From a virus: DNA of 64,000 nt. Shown piece after piece: positions 18,926 through 28,295 of this stretch. How positions within the stretch are numbered: the first letter of the stretch is position 1; every line of letters starts with the position of its first letter. The stretch spans positions 160,001-224,000 of IMG/VR virus record IMGVR_UViG_3300045988_175328; one strand, 5' to 3'. Under the pieces are notes generated by a model that was not told the DNA's origin, searched no databases, and saw only the letters and a program-made list of their open reading frames with translations. Position numbers and translations under genes: made by a program.

Positions 18926-19890
18926 TGGCTCTTAACGATTACGAGTTCTCGGTACGAGAAACCGAGCCAAAACGTGCCGAGATGCTCAATCGTCTTAAAA
19001 ACGAAATCGGAGAATTAACAAAAGATACAATTATTAATACTAATGAAGATACTCCCGATACTCAGTTTAATGACGATAAGGCATTATCGGCGGCGCTGGC
19101 CTTCTCGAAATTCCCGACAAAAGAAAAATTAAACAATGAATACTATAATAAGCCGGCGGTCGATAATTTAATTAATCAGATCCTTGCAAATAAACTCCCA
19201 GAATTAAAGGCTCTTTTTATGGAGGAGCTAAATAAGCATCGACATGCCGACCCGATCGATCATCCCGATATCCCGGGATCGAAGATCATCGATCATTCGA
19301 TCACGCGTGATAAGCTTGCATTCCAAATCTCGTTCGAGAATTCATGGCCTATCGGATCGATCTATATGACGACGGTCGATACTAACCCAGCAACTCTCTT
19401 CGGATTCGGTACGTGGACGAAAATCCCAGCCGGCAAAGTTCTCCTTTCCGAAGGTAATGATATGGGTACGATTTACACTAACGGTGAAACCGGCGGATCT
19501 AAAGAGATCTCGATCGACAAATCTTTCGTTCCGTATCACACGCACACAATGCAAGATGGAAGTGGAGCTCATACGCACACCGGTAAGGTATCGAATAACG
19601 GCGATCATTTCCACGGATTCCAAGGCGAACATTGGGAATCATATGCGCGTTTTGGAACATATGATAATAGTGAACGTGGCTATGGGTCTGCCGGAGGTAT
19701 TGATAACGACAATCTTGTCTACAAAACAACAACAGATGGCGCCCATACTCATACCCTTCAAATCGACCCGTCGACAGGATCTCATATCCACACAATTAAT
19801 CCGGCCGGAACTCAAACACAAGACGTAGTCGAAAAACACTCAATAATACAACCATATATCGTTTGCTATATGTGGAAACGCACTGCATAG
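18925..19890 (+). CDS. Short tail fibre/receptor-binding protein with collar domain and HxH repeats
   Basis: 'IGSIYMTTVDTNPATLFGFGTWTKIPAGKVL', 'HTHTMQDGSGAHTHT...HIHT', '..IIQPYIVCYMWKRTA'. Confidence 0.8.
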   Translation: MALNDYEFSVRETEPKRAEMLNRLKNEIGELTKDTIINTNEDTPDTQFNDDKALSAALAFSKFPTKEKLNNEYYNKPAVDNLINQILANKLPELKALFMEELNKHRHADPIDHPDIPGSKIIDHSITRDKLAFQISFENSWPIGSIYMTTVDTNPATLFGFGTWTKIPAGKVLLSEGNDMGTIYTNGETGGSKEISIDKSFVPYHTHTMQDGSGAHTHTGKVSNNGDHFHGFQGEHWESYARFGTYDNSERGYGSAGGIDNDNLVYKTTTDGAHTHTLQIDPSTGSHIHTINPAGTQTQDVVEKHSIIQPYIVCYMWKRTA

Positions 19891-19900
19891 TATATCTTAA

Positions 19901-19945
19901 TCCTCCCTTACTTCTTAACTGGAGTAAGGGAGGTATTTTTTTTAT
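19901..19945 (+). terminator. Rho-independent terminator
   Basis: CCTCCCTTAC...GTAAGGGAGG followed by T run. Confidence 0.9.
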
Positions 19946-20529
19946 TAGTGTTAGGTGGGGTCTAGTGACGGTTCTTTTAATAAGGAAAGAAAATGAGTAT
20001 AAATATATATAAGATGGAGAGTACAGGCTGGCCGACATTTATGTCGATCAGTTAAGTGGAAGTGTAGTTAGAATGGGGGTTGTTGGGTCTTAAAATGGAA
20101 ATAATAAAATAAAGAGAAAAATAGCAAAACATATTCTGACTGAAATTTAGGAATAGTAATAAGAGTAATTTGTTTTGGTCGAAGTATTGTTTGCGAGACG
20201 GAAATAAATAAATGAATTTTGATGACATAGGTCGAGTTAGCTGTGTAGGTCGATAGACGTGTTTTATACGTAAGCCAGATTTTGTGAAAAATTTAAAAAT
20301 AAATAAGAAAATAAATAAATGCTGATTTGTTGTGGTAGGTCAAGTTAGATGCGTAGGTTGACAGGCGTGTTCTGTAAGTGAACTAGAATTTTGTAGAGAA
20401 TTTGGAGGGGGAAGTGTTTTATGAAGATATTAGAGTGCTGAGAAATCATGCCCCCGGGTGCTTGATTCTCGGAACTCTCACTACTTTTGCGCCATATAGT
20501 AGCCAGGCGCATTTCTAAATGTGGTTACG

Positions 20530-20566
20530 ACGAGCCTTTCTGACTGGAGCTCGTTTCAATCCAGTC
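20530..20566 (+). promoter_or_regulatory. Possible H-type pseudoknot in the leader of the 1608-aa ORF
   Basis: Interleaved complementary segments ACGAGC/GCTCGT and GACTGGA/TCCAGTC, about 28 nt before ATG 20595. Confidence 0.5.
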
Positions 20567-20594
20567 GAATTTGTTCAGAAAAGGAGAAATTATC

Positions 20595-23500
20595 ATGAAC
20601 AAACAAAACATTCAAAACAACAAAAATTTAAAAGCTGTCGTATTGGCAGCAGTAGATGCAGCAGTAGCTGCTGATGTGCGCGTGGTTAATACCACTGCGG
20701 CGGTAACAACCGCAGAAGCAGTAGTTACTGAAACTGCAGAAACACTTGCGCGCGCAGCGGTACAGTTTCAAACATTTATCAACAATTTTGTAGTAGAAGG
20801 AGGCGAGTATCGTAGCTTCATGGGCATTCTATCTGATGTAGGATTTACACATCCAGATCTTGTTAAATGGGTGCGTAAACAAAAATGGACAGAAGCAATG
20901 TCTATTTGGAGAGAGGGTCAAGGATACACACGTAATTCTTTCCTTTGTGATGAAGACTGGAATACATTCCTCGAATTACGGGAAGCCCTCCTTCAAGCGC
21001 GCAATGCGTACAAAAACGCAAAACGTAAATTAGCTAGAAAAGAAGTCGCATTAAAAGCAGCAAAAAAAGAGGCAGCAAAAGCCTTATTAGCAGAGAAATC
21101 TGCAAACAAACAATGGAAAAAGGCGAGAAAGGATGCGAAAGAAGCAAGAGCTACTGAAGCAGCAGTAGCAGTCGAAGAGGCTCGATTAGAAAAAGCACGA
21201 AAACGTGCTGAAAAAGTGGGTCCGAAGGAACCGCCAAAACAAAGAGTGGCCGTAGCTGTTGCTGGTCTTGAGTCCATGTTAGAATGGATCGAATCTAGAA
21301 AGGTAGCTGTTACTAAAACAGTTGTATTAGAAAATACAGCTAAATTAGTAACAGAAGCTAACGCAGCTGTTGAGTACGGTTATATGGATGCTAGAACTGG
21401 AGAATTTGTTTCTACAGAAGGAACAAAAGAGTTCTCTGGTGCTAGATTCAAAACTGGTGCTATCAACATTGCCGATAAAAATACTGCTAAAGCAACAGCA
21501 AAAGCCAACGCTACTGCTAATGGTAAAGATTTAGATGGAGACGTCATAAATCGCTTCGTTAAACCTAGAAATATCCTTGATGGATTCAAACTTAAATTGC
21601 AAATGTTTGGATCTAAAGTACGTGTGCGTAACGTACTTAAAGGTAATCGTAAAGGTTTTAAAGCTGTAATGGGACCAAAAGCACAAGTTGCTATTAAGTC
21701 CATTATCGTTGACGGTAGCGACGTAATGGCTAATGGTGAAGGTGTAAAAGCTATGGCAGTAGCAACTACATCCTCCATTAGCTATATTGTACGTACAGCA
21801 ATTCGTCTTGGCGAAGAAAAAGGATGGGCTGAAGAGCTTGTTCTTAGAAATTCTTCTATTAAGACTGGCTATATGGATGGCAACATCGGTATCAACTCTC
21901 ATAGAGAGATGACATCGATGGAAGCCGATTTAACATATATGACTGCAGAAGTATCTGCTAATTATGTGTTGAATGGCTTAATCTCCATTCATATCGATAA
22001 AGAGGATGAGGAAGGCGTATCCTTCACAAAGGGCATTCGTCAAGCAGAATTCATTATCGTTGATGGAATTAAATACATTCCGTTAATGGTTGAGTCTGTT
22101 GCGAAGACTCGTCTATACGATACAGTATGGACAGCTGAGCATCTGGCTAACCAATGGCGCGAAGTGCTTCGTGTAGCGACAGGAGGAATCTCTGACAGTA
22201 TTACTCTAATGAAAGAGTTAACTAAAGCTCTTAAATTGAGAAGCCGTTTGGGAATGGGGTTCTCTCCTAGCTATGAGTTCGAAATCGATCTTGCACGTTG
22301 GGGCGTTGTGTATCTTGACGCTTCTATCGATGCAATCGACGGACAAGCTTACGGAAGCAGAGCTATGATGGAAGAGCTTCTTGAACTAGCTGGCGTGAAC
22401 TCATGGCAAGTTCGCACGAATACAGGTAAAGGACAACTCGTTCCAATGAAAAGAATGAAACGTCTACTTGCTGTATTGTGCGAACAATACGGTCTTGAAC
22501 TCGTTTACGTTTCTGACGTTGACGAAGTTCAAGCAGCTATTGATGCAGCAAGAGCTGAAGGTAAAAGAGTAGCCGTTGTTGTTGGTAACGCCGAACATAT
22601 TGGCATGATCGGCGATATGAATTTCTTTAAAGGAATTCCGACTATCAATGATGGTGGCATTGTTCGTCTAAGCGTCTTGAGAAATCTTGCACCAACAGGC
22701 AACGGCTCTCACTTCGCTTACCAGGCAGCAGTGGGTGCTTTATGCTCTTACGAATGGGATAATAAAGACCGTTTCGTAAAAGCATTGGCTATGCAAGCCG
22801 TTGAAAAATTCACAGAAGCTTTCAATGGCTGTGCTGTTAATAAATCTGTAACTGATTTGTTTGCAGCATTAGTTGGAGTAAAAGGATTGGCTGGCGAAGC
22901 TGATATCATCAGCGAATTAGCCAACGGTGCATTTACTCCAGCTATGTATGGCATTAAAGAGCTTTCCTATGCGTTAAGAAACGAGCAACAAGTTGTTCGT
23001 GGTAGTGCATGGAAAGTTTCTTGCCCAGGCATGAAGGACGAGCTATTTAACGAAGCTATTCTTGAAGGAGCTGGCCTACTTGTTGTAGAAGGAATTGTTT
23101 CTAATAACAATCCTTTACTAAAACAAGGCGATTGGGTGATGGCATTGAGATACCCACATTCCAATGGGTTCTCTTTCGTTAAAATCAGACTTGTAACAGT
23201 ATCTGAAGCTATCGAAAGAGTGAACAACTCTTCCGCGTTTGCGGCTCAAAAAGCTGTCATGATCGATGAGCTATTATCCCTTGGTGATAATAACATCATG
23301 GTAGACAGCAGCCGTGAGGTATTGGAAGCATTAGCTGGTATGGATTTTGATGGAGACGTGATCTCTGTCTTAAATCCAGAAGAAGCAGAGTTGCTTTTGC
23401 CAATGGATGAGCTACGTACAGTCATTGCTCCGATCGTAACGAAAGCTCAAGAAAAAGAGCTTGTTGTTACAGGAAACTTTGAAGATACAATGCAACATCT

Positions 23501-25397
23501 TCAAAGCGAGATGGCAGCTAATGAAACTAAGTACGTTGGCGAAATCTCCAATGGAGTAATGAAAGCAACTGAGTTCTTGGGTCTTCCTAAAGATGAACAA
23601 AGAAAAATTGTGGCAGAAATTGTCCGCAATGGAAATCTAAGCCACAATGGCTTATTGCCTACGTTCAACTGGGAGGAACAAGTAACTTGGGTTGAAGGAA
23701 AAGAAGGATTCGTACTTAGCGATGAGTCTACAACTCCTCAAGCTTTAGTTGCTATGAAAAATGCGTTCTTCGATAAAGTTGATGAACGAAACTACTCTGT
23801 AGAAAGTTTCATCAACTTCGCAGAATACGTTGTCATCATGTCTGGTCCAACGCAAGGATTCGTAATTGATGCGGCGAAAAAATTCTGTCCAATCGTAGAC
23901 TTAGCAGAAGATATCTTCTCCAACTTAAGTCTTGGATGGAAAAGATTCGCTCCAACAATGGTGCTTACATGCAATGAGTATGGAGAGTTCTCCAAAGGTA
24001 TGTCTTATAACTTTGGCGAAGAGAACTCTAGCATTACTCTTACAGTAGGCGCATGTATTCAGGTAGAAGCTTTCAAAGCGTTTGCGGTGGAAGCTTCTAA
24101 AGCTATCTTAAATGCATTTGCTGGAGAGGATGCATCTAAAGCTAACTGGAAAGCATTTGAAGACGCATTGAAAAAAGAGTCTTTAATGTCTTTGGTTGGT
24201 GGTAAGATGAACTCTGCTAGAAAGAACTGCAGAAACATTGCTGCTGGAGCTGCAGCTGCGATTAAAGTTATCGACAACCAAATCGCAGAAGCTTGCGGCG
24301 AAGAAAACATTCCTAGTAAAACAATGAAGGAATGGAGCGACGCTATCGGCTGCATGTTTGCTGCATCTGGTACAATCAATCCTCTTGGATTACGTGCTTA
24401 TGCATCCAGCAAAACATTACGTCCAGCAATCTTGAAAGCAATGCTTGACGCTGCTGAAGTAAAATCCATTCCTGTAGAAATTGGATTTACTTCTATGGCA
24501 AGAGTTGCTTTTGCGAAAGCGAATGTTGGAGAAAAAGTATTCTTCGAAAACTCTAAAGCTGCTGATGCTAACGGAGTAATTCTTCTACACTCTGGTTTAA
24601 CAGGTTACTACAAAGTATCTGTTAAAACAGAAGAAGTAGAAGAAAACGGAGAAACAATCTCTGTAGAGACATACTTCGTAGAAGTGCCTGTGTCCGAAGT
24701 ATTAGGCATCGAACCGATGAAAACAAATCGTTTCGTTGCTCACTTAGGATACGAAGGTGCCGATGCTGAAGTCGCTAGAAAGTTTAATGCTGAATTAACT
24801 AAGTTCGACTTCTGCGCGGAAGGTACGTTCGCTTTCTATGGCACGATGAAAGAACTAAACAATCTTATGATTGAAAAGTTTGGCGAAGGTGTCTTAAGAG
24901 ACGTATTGGTATCAACAATAACTGGGCTAAAAAACGGTGAAGACGTTTATAGCCAACAGTTTGTTGATTTCATCGCTCTTGCTAATGGTCACGCTACTGA
25001 TCCGAAGTATGCAGCTGATGACAAACATGACCGCGTATTCTTTGTTCGCAAAGATGAGAATGGTCGGGTTGTGGTTATGAGATCATTGCCTAACCAAGCA
25101 ATGGCTTATGGCCATGAAGCGTTTAAGCTAAGAGGCATGTTCGCTGGAGAACTAAGATTAGTTAGTTACATCTTAGAAGGAAAAGCTAAGTCTGACAAAA
25201 AGGGCTATGTTAATAGCTACTTATTGTTAGAGCACAAAACTTTAGCTCCTAAGCAAGAAATCAGTGCGTATATCAATGGTTTAATTACTAAATATGCGGC
25301 TGATTTCAAAGCAGCTGTCTTAAATAAAAAGTTCGAATTAGGTTGCCTTGGTAGCCTAGTTCAAACTGTATTATCTGATGAAGAAATCATTGGATAA
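20595..25397 (+). CDS. Candidate single-polypeptide double-psi-beta-barrel RNA polymerase (YonO/crAss-phage-RNAP/QDE-1-like)
   Basis: 'GDWVMALRYPHSNGFSFVKIRLVT ... LEALAGMDFDGDVISVLNPEE': metal-binding DxDGD motif with preceding R-x-P motif; ATG 20595 has upstream AAGGAG. Confidence 0.65.
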   Translation: MNKQNIQNNKNLKAVVLAAVDAAVAADVRVVNTTAAVTTAEAVVTETAETLARAAVQFQTFINNFVVEGGEYRSFMGILSDVGFTHPDLVKWVRKQKWTEAMSIWREGQGYTRNSFLCDEDWNTFLELREALLQARNAYKNAKRKLARKEVALKAAKKEAAKALLAEKSANKQWKKARKDAKEARATEAAVAVEEARLEKARKRAEKVGPKEPPKQRVAVAVAGLESMLEWIESRKVAVTKTVVLENTAKLVTEANAAVEYGYMDARTGEFVSTEGTKEFSGARFKTGAINIADKNTAKATAKANATANGKDLDGDVINRFVKPRNILDGFKLKLQMFGSKVRVRNVLKGNRKGFKAVMGPKAQVAIKSIIVDGSDVMANGEGVKAMAVATTSSISYIVRTAIRLGEEKGWAEELVLRNSSIKTGYMDGNIGINSHREMTSMEADLTYMTAEVSANYVLNGLISIHIDKEDEEGVSFTKGIRQAEFIIVDGIKYIPLMVESVAKTRLYDTVWTAEHLANQWREVLRVATGGISDSITLMKELTKALKLRSRLGMGFSPSYEFEIDLARWGVVYLDASIDAIDGQAYGSRAMMEELLELAGVNSWQVRTNTGKGQLVPMKRMKRLLAVLCEQYGLELVYVSDVDEVQAAIDAARAEGKRVAVVVGNAEHIGMIGDMNFFKGIPTINDGGIVRLSVLRNLAPTGNGSHFAYQAAVGALCSYEWDNKDRFVKALAMQAVEKFTEAFNGCAVNKSVTDLFAALVGVKGLAGEADIISELANGAFTPAMYGIKELSYALRNEQQVVRGSAWKVSCPGMKDELFNEAILEGAGLLVVEGIVSNNNPLLKQGDWVMALRYPHSNGFSFVKIRLVTVSEAIERVNNSSAFAAQKAVMIDELLSLGDNNIMVDSSREVLEALAGMDFDGDVISVLNPEEAELLLPMDELRTVIAPIVTKAQEKELVVTGNFEDTMQHLQSEMAANETKYVGEISNGVMKATEFLGLPKDEQRKIVAEIVRNGNLSHNGLLPTFNWEEQVTWVEGKEGFVLSDESTTPQALVAMKNAFFDKVDERNYSVESFINFAEYVVIMSGPTQGFVIDAAKKFCPIVDLAEDIFSNLSLGWKRFAPTMVLTCNEYGEFSKGMSYNFGEENSSITLTVGACIQVEAFKAFAVEASKAILNAFAGEDASKANWKAFEDALKKESLMSLVGGKMNSARKNCRNIAAGAAAAIKVIDNQIAEACGEENIPSKTMKEWSDAIGCMFAASGTINPLGLRAYASSKTLRPAILKAMLDAAEVKSIPVEIGFTSMARVAFAKANVGEKVFFENSKAADANGVILLHSGLTGYYKVSVKTEEVEENGETISVETYFVEVPVSEVLGIEPMKTNRFVAHLGYEGADAEVARKFNAELTKFDFCAEGTFAFYGTMKELNNLMIEKFGEGVLRDVLVSTITGLKNGEDVYSQQFVDFIALANGHATDPKYAADDKHDRVFFVRKDENGRVVVMRSLPNQAMAYGHEAFKLRGMFAGELRLVSYILEGKAKSDKKGYVNSYLLLEHKTLAPKQEISAYINGLITKYAADFKAAVLNKKFELGCLGSLVQTVLSDEEIIG

Positions 25398-25410
25398 CAA
25401 ATAATAATAA

Positions 25411-25450
25411 AGAGAGACCTCTATATGGGGTCTCCTCTTTTTTTTTATTT
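25411..25450 (+). terminator. Rho-independent terminator
   Basis: AGAGAGACC-TCTATAT-GGGGTCTCCTCT then T9. Confidence 0.85.
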
Positions 25451-25545
25451 TCTGGGATCCCCTCCGGGATCAGGATTCCTCCGCTACGGCTCAGCCTGCG
25501 CTCCGGAATAGGCCAGCCTATGGCTGTCCGTTAGGAGCGTTATCA
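25451..25545. repeat. GC-rich palindromic (REP-like) element
   Basis: GATCCC-CTCC-GGGATC; ATTCCTCCG...CTCCGGAAT; AGCC-TAT-GGCT in sharp contrast to AT-rich surroundings. Confidence 0.5.
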
Positions 25546-25642
25546 TTAGGTAGAGGTATAACGATAGAGGAAATAAAAATCCTCATTTATGAGGGTTTAT
25601 CCTTAGTAAGGAGGAAGATAGAAAGTAAAAATGTTTTTCTTC

Positions 25643-25662
25643 TTAAGGGGCAAGCCCCTTAA
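25643..25662. repeat. Dispersed palindrome TTAAGGGGCAAGCCCCTTAA (copy 1)
   Basis: 9-bp arms, followed by CAACCCC. Confidence 0.85.
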
Positions 25663-25950
25663 CAACCCCGCCACCCCTGCGGGATGGACCGAACTGGCGG
25701 TGGATGAGGTCGTCCGAAACGACGTCAAACTAAAGGAAAAATCCTCACTTGTGAGGAAACTTGCTCCTGAGTACGAGCTAAAACTGCTTGCGAGGAAAAA
25801 TCCTCGTTGTTGAGAGCACTTGCTCTTCGAAGGCCCTGGCGGTGTCGGAGAGAGGAGTAGGTGCTGTGGTCCTGAATAAGACATTAAACTGTTTCAGAGG
25901 AGAAAATCCTCTGTTGTGAGAGAGCTCATTTAACTCTCTGTTTTAATTAA

Positions 25951-25974
25951 GCCAGTGTAGAAATATTTGCTGGT
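25951..25974 (+). promoter_or_regulatory. GNRA-capped leader hairpin copy 1
   Basis: GCCAG-TGTAGAAATATTTG-CTGGT upstream of SD. Confidence 0.55.
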
Positions 25975-25986
25975 GTTTTCGGGCGC

Positions 25987-26469
25987 ATGCCCAAGGAGGT
26001 TATCATGTTAACTTTAGAATTAAATCGAAAAATGGCCTATGGTTTTTTCCCAGAATTAATTCGCGATGAAGAGAAAATTGCGAATTTGAATGACTTATTT
26101 CAAGAAGTTATTATGAAAAATAATCCTAACGGAGTTAAGCTCCAATTGGATTTTAAGCACAATGTAATTGTGCATAAAACCAATGTAGGCGAAGTAACTC
26201 TAGTAGAAGAGTACTTCCCTAATGGTACTGAAAAACTTTGGGTAAATCGTTTCCGTAACAGGAAACAACTATTACCTAAAGTTCCTGCAGAATTAATTCC
26301 TGTCGCAAAAGAATGCGACGAAAGAAATTTATACAAATTTAATTATTTAAGAGAAGGAAACATTACGTTTTATCTCGCAAATAATAGAAAGGTTCTCGTA
26401 AGAGAAACTAAAATGGAGGATGGAAGTCTTTCAATCGATTTATTCTACCTAGCTGATTTGTTGGCCTAA
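25987..26469 (+). CDS. Hypothetical protein (start probably 26005)
   Basis: ORF track; SD AAGGAGG at about 25993. Confidence 0.6.
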   Translation: MPKEVIMLTLELNRKMAYGFFPELIRDEEKIANLNDLFQEVIMKNNPNGVKLQLDFKHNVIVHKTNVGEVTLVEEYFPNGTEKLWVNRFRNRKQLLPKVPAELIPVAKECDERNLYKFNYLREGNITFYLANNRKVLVRETKMEDGSLSIDLFYLADLLA

Positions 26470-26610
26470 GTAGAATAATCTCCTAAGCATGAGAATAAAC
26501 TGCTTATTTGTAACGGCTCCTGAATATGAGCATTAAACTGTTCTAGAAGAAAATCCTCTATTATGAGTTTTGTCCGTAATGACGATAAACTAATTATTAT
26601 AATTTAATTT

Positions 26611-26624
26611 GGCGGCAAATCGCC
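26611..26624 (+). promoter_or_regulatory. SD-adjacent hairpin with GCAAAT loop
   Basis: GGCG-GCAAAT-CGCC then AGAAAGGAGG. Confidence 0.6.
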
Positions 26625-26640
26625 AGAAAGGAGGCATATT

Positions 26641-26796
26641 ATGTCTCAATTAGAATTAACAAACCACTTAGCGTGGGTAGAAGAAATGGTTGCATTCGCG
26701 GAGACTGAAGAGTCCAACTACCGTGACTTCGAAGGATATCTTGCGGAGTCATTTATCGGAGGCCTGGACCTCTGGCTAGGAGACGATGAATTTTAG
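26641..26796 (+). CDS. Small acidic protein (51 aa), not in supplied ORF track
   Basis: MSQLELTNHLAWVEEMVAFAETEESNYRDFEGYLAESFIGGLDLWLGDDEF; SD GGAGG 10 nt upstream. Confidence 0.65.
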   Translation: MSQLELTNHLAWVEEMVAFAETEESNYRDFEGYLAESFIGGLDLWLGDDEF

Positions 26797-26905
26797 ACTC
26801 TAGTTTCCTGACCAAGACCTAGGTATGTCTTTAAACTGCCTAAATCCTCCCCATTGCGGGGACTGAATTGTCTGAGATGACGTTAAACTATTTAATTTAA
26901 TTCAT

Positions 26906-26919
26906 GGCGGCAAATCGCC
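26906..26919 (+). promoter_or_regulatory. SD-adjacent hairpin with GCAAAT loop
   Basis: GGCG-GCAAAT-CGCC then AGAAAGGAG. Confidence 0.6.
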
Positions 26920-26934
26920 AGAAAGGAGATAAGT

Positions 26935-27225
26935 ATGCATACTTATACTCTTGAAAACACTGAGGCACTAGTTGCCTTAGTGCGTGACCTTTGTTTTAGC
27001 AATGGTCATTGTCCCAAAGAAATCTTCTCTTGGGATGAAAAACATTACATTGTAGCCGGCAACCTAGCTAGTTACGATGGACCATGGGACGGTCCTGAAG
27101 ATGTCGCTCATATCTACGTTGATGGTGTAGGCGTGGGAGAAATAGATATCTTCGGCGCCGACCAAATTGCATTCGCCGTTGCTAACTGGAACGGCGAAGA
27201 ATTGAACAGAAAGGTGGTGGCTTAA
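26935..27225 (+). CDS. Hypothetical small protein
   Basis: ORF track, good SD. Confidence 0.6.
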   Translation: MHTYTLENTEALVALVRDLCFSNGHCPKEIFSWDEKHYIVAGNLASYDGPWDGPEDVAHIYVDGVGVGEIDIFGADQIAFAVANWNGEELNRKVVA

Positions 27226-27255
27226 CTGCTTTTCTGTAATCTCGTCGACCACTCG

Positions 27256-27639
27256 GTGGATGTTTACGATTTAGTAGGAAATCTAATCGTGAGCATCCCT
27301 AAGAGTGGTCGTGTAGCTCGTGTTCGGACAAGTAGCGAAAGAGTGGGCGCTATTTGTTCTAAGGATTTTAGCTATCGAAAATACAATGAAGACGGTAGCT
27401 ATGAAGATACACCACTTAAAGGGAACCCACAATCTGGGCACCTGAATATATTCAAATCTGAGTATTCAGATGTCGAAGGGTTCCCTGAAACTATAGAACA
27501 GGGTGTGTATTATATTGTCAGTTCTATGGTGGCGTCTCGTATACAGAGTCATCAGGTTATTGCGCCTGGTCAGATTATGCGGGACGCCTCCGGCAAAGCC
27601 GTAGGATGCTGCGGTCTTAGTTATACTGCCGGAAGATAA
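27256..27639 (+). CDS. Hypothetical protein
   Basis: ORF track; SD not obvious. Confidence 0.4.
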   Translation: MDVYDLVGNLIVSIPKSGRVARVRTSSERVGAICSKDFSYRKYNEDGSYEDTPLKGNPQSGHLNIFKSEYSDVEGFPETIEQGVYYIVSSMVASRIQSHQVIAPGQIMRDASGKAVGCCGLSYTAGR

Positions 27640-27664
27640 ATTAATTAATTTAAATAGGGCCCGG

Positions 27665-27856
27665 ATGCTCGAGGAGGTAATGATGAAGAATATAATTATC
27701 GTATGCATGCTATCACTAATCTGCACTATAGCAATAGTGGAATTTTCAGTAGGCTTGTTCCCAGCATTAGCTGGGTATCCAGAAGCATTGGCTACAGCAG
27801 GAGCTATTTCTGTTGCAACTATTTCCTTCATGTTGTTTGACATGATAGGAGACTGA
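27665..27856 (+). CDS. Small two-helix membrane protein
   Basis: SLICTIAIVEFSVGLFPALAGYPEALATAGAISVATISFMLF; SD GAGGAGG upstream. Confidence 0.55.
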   Translation: MLEEVMMKNIIIVCMLSLICTIAIVEFSVGLFPALAGYPEALATAGAISVATISFMLFDMIGD

Positions 27857-27924
27857 AAAATCCTCGTTTATGAGGAGAAGTCCGTAATGACTGTAAACTA
27901 TTCTAATATATTTAATTAATTAAA

Positions 27925-27938
27925 GGGCGCAAATGCCC
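27925..27938 (+). promoter_or_regulatory. SD-adjacent hairpin with GCAAAT loop
   Basis: GGGC-GCAAAT-GCCC then GGAGGAGG. Confidence 0.6.
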
Positions 27939-27951
27939 GGAGGAGGTTTCT

Positions 27952-28122
27952 ATGAGAGACGAAATCATTTTATTAATTTCCAGCATTGCAGTAGGAGTGG
28001 GAATTTCTACTCTTATTAATGAGGTTTTCCCTATATTAGTGGATTATCCATTAGTAATGTCTATCTTCGGAGGAATCATCTCAGGAGCGATATATTATTT
28101 TATTCACTTGTTATCATACTAG
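27952..28122 (+). CDS. Small two-helix membrane protein (56 aa), paralogue of 27665 ORF, not in ORF track
   Basis: MRDEIILLISSIAVGVGISTLINEVFPILVDYPLVMSIFGGIISGAIYYFIHLLSY; SD GGAGG. Confidence 0.65.
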   Translation: MRDEIILLISSIAVGVGISTLINEVFPILVDYPLVMSIFGGIISGAIYYFIHLLSY

Positions 28123-28230
28123 TAGAATAAAATCCTCAGACCTCAGCAAGTCTTTAAACTACTCTTTCCTGACAGTTCCTAAGTATGAACATAAAACTGC
28201 TTATCTTTTAAAAATCCTCGCTTGTGAGGT

Positions 28231-28251
28231 GCTTGCGTAGAAATAGCAAGC
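28231..28251 (+). promoter_or_regulatory. GNRA-capped leader hairpin copy 2
   Basis: GCTTGC-G-TA-GAAA-TA-GCAAGC. Confidence 0.55.
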
Positions 28252-28295
28252 TATATTATTTTAATTAGGCCTTAGGCCAGAAATGGAGTTTTATC

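Noticed and set aside
19457-19828. ORFs on + and - strands inside the 18925-19890 fibre gene
   Set aside because: Out-of-frame shadows of a well-supported fibre gene with collar domain.
21380-24379. Minus-strand ORFs opposite the 1608-aa gene
   Set aside because: Long sense ORF with recognisable motifs explains the open antisense frames.
25603-25884. Minus-strand ORF and overlapping plus ORF 25631..25813
   Set aside because: Both read through the dispersed palindrome and leader motifs with Ser/Pro-rich or patchy translation; no convincing coding signal.
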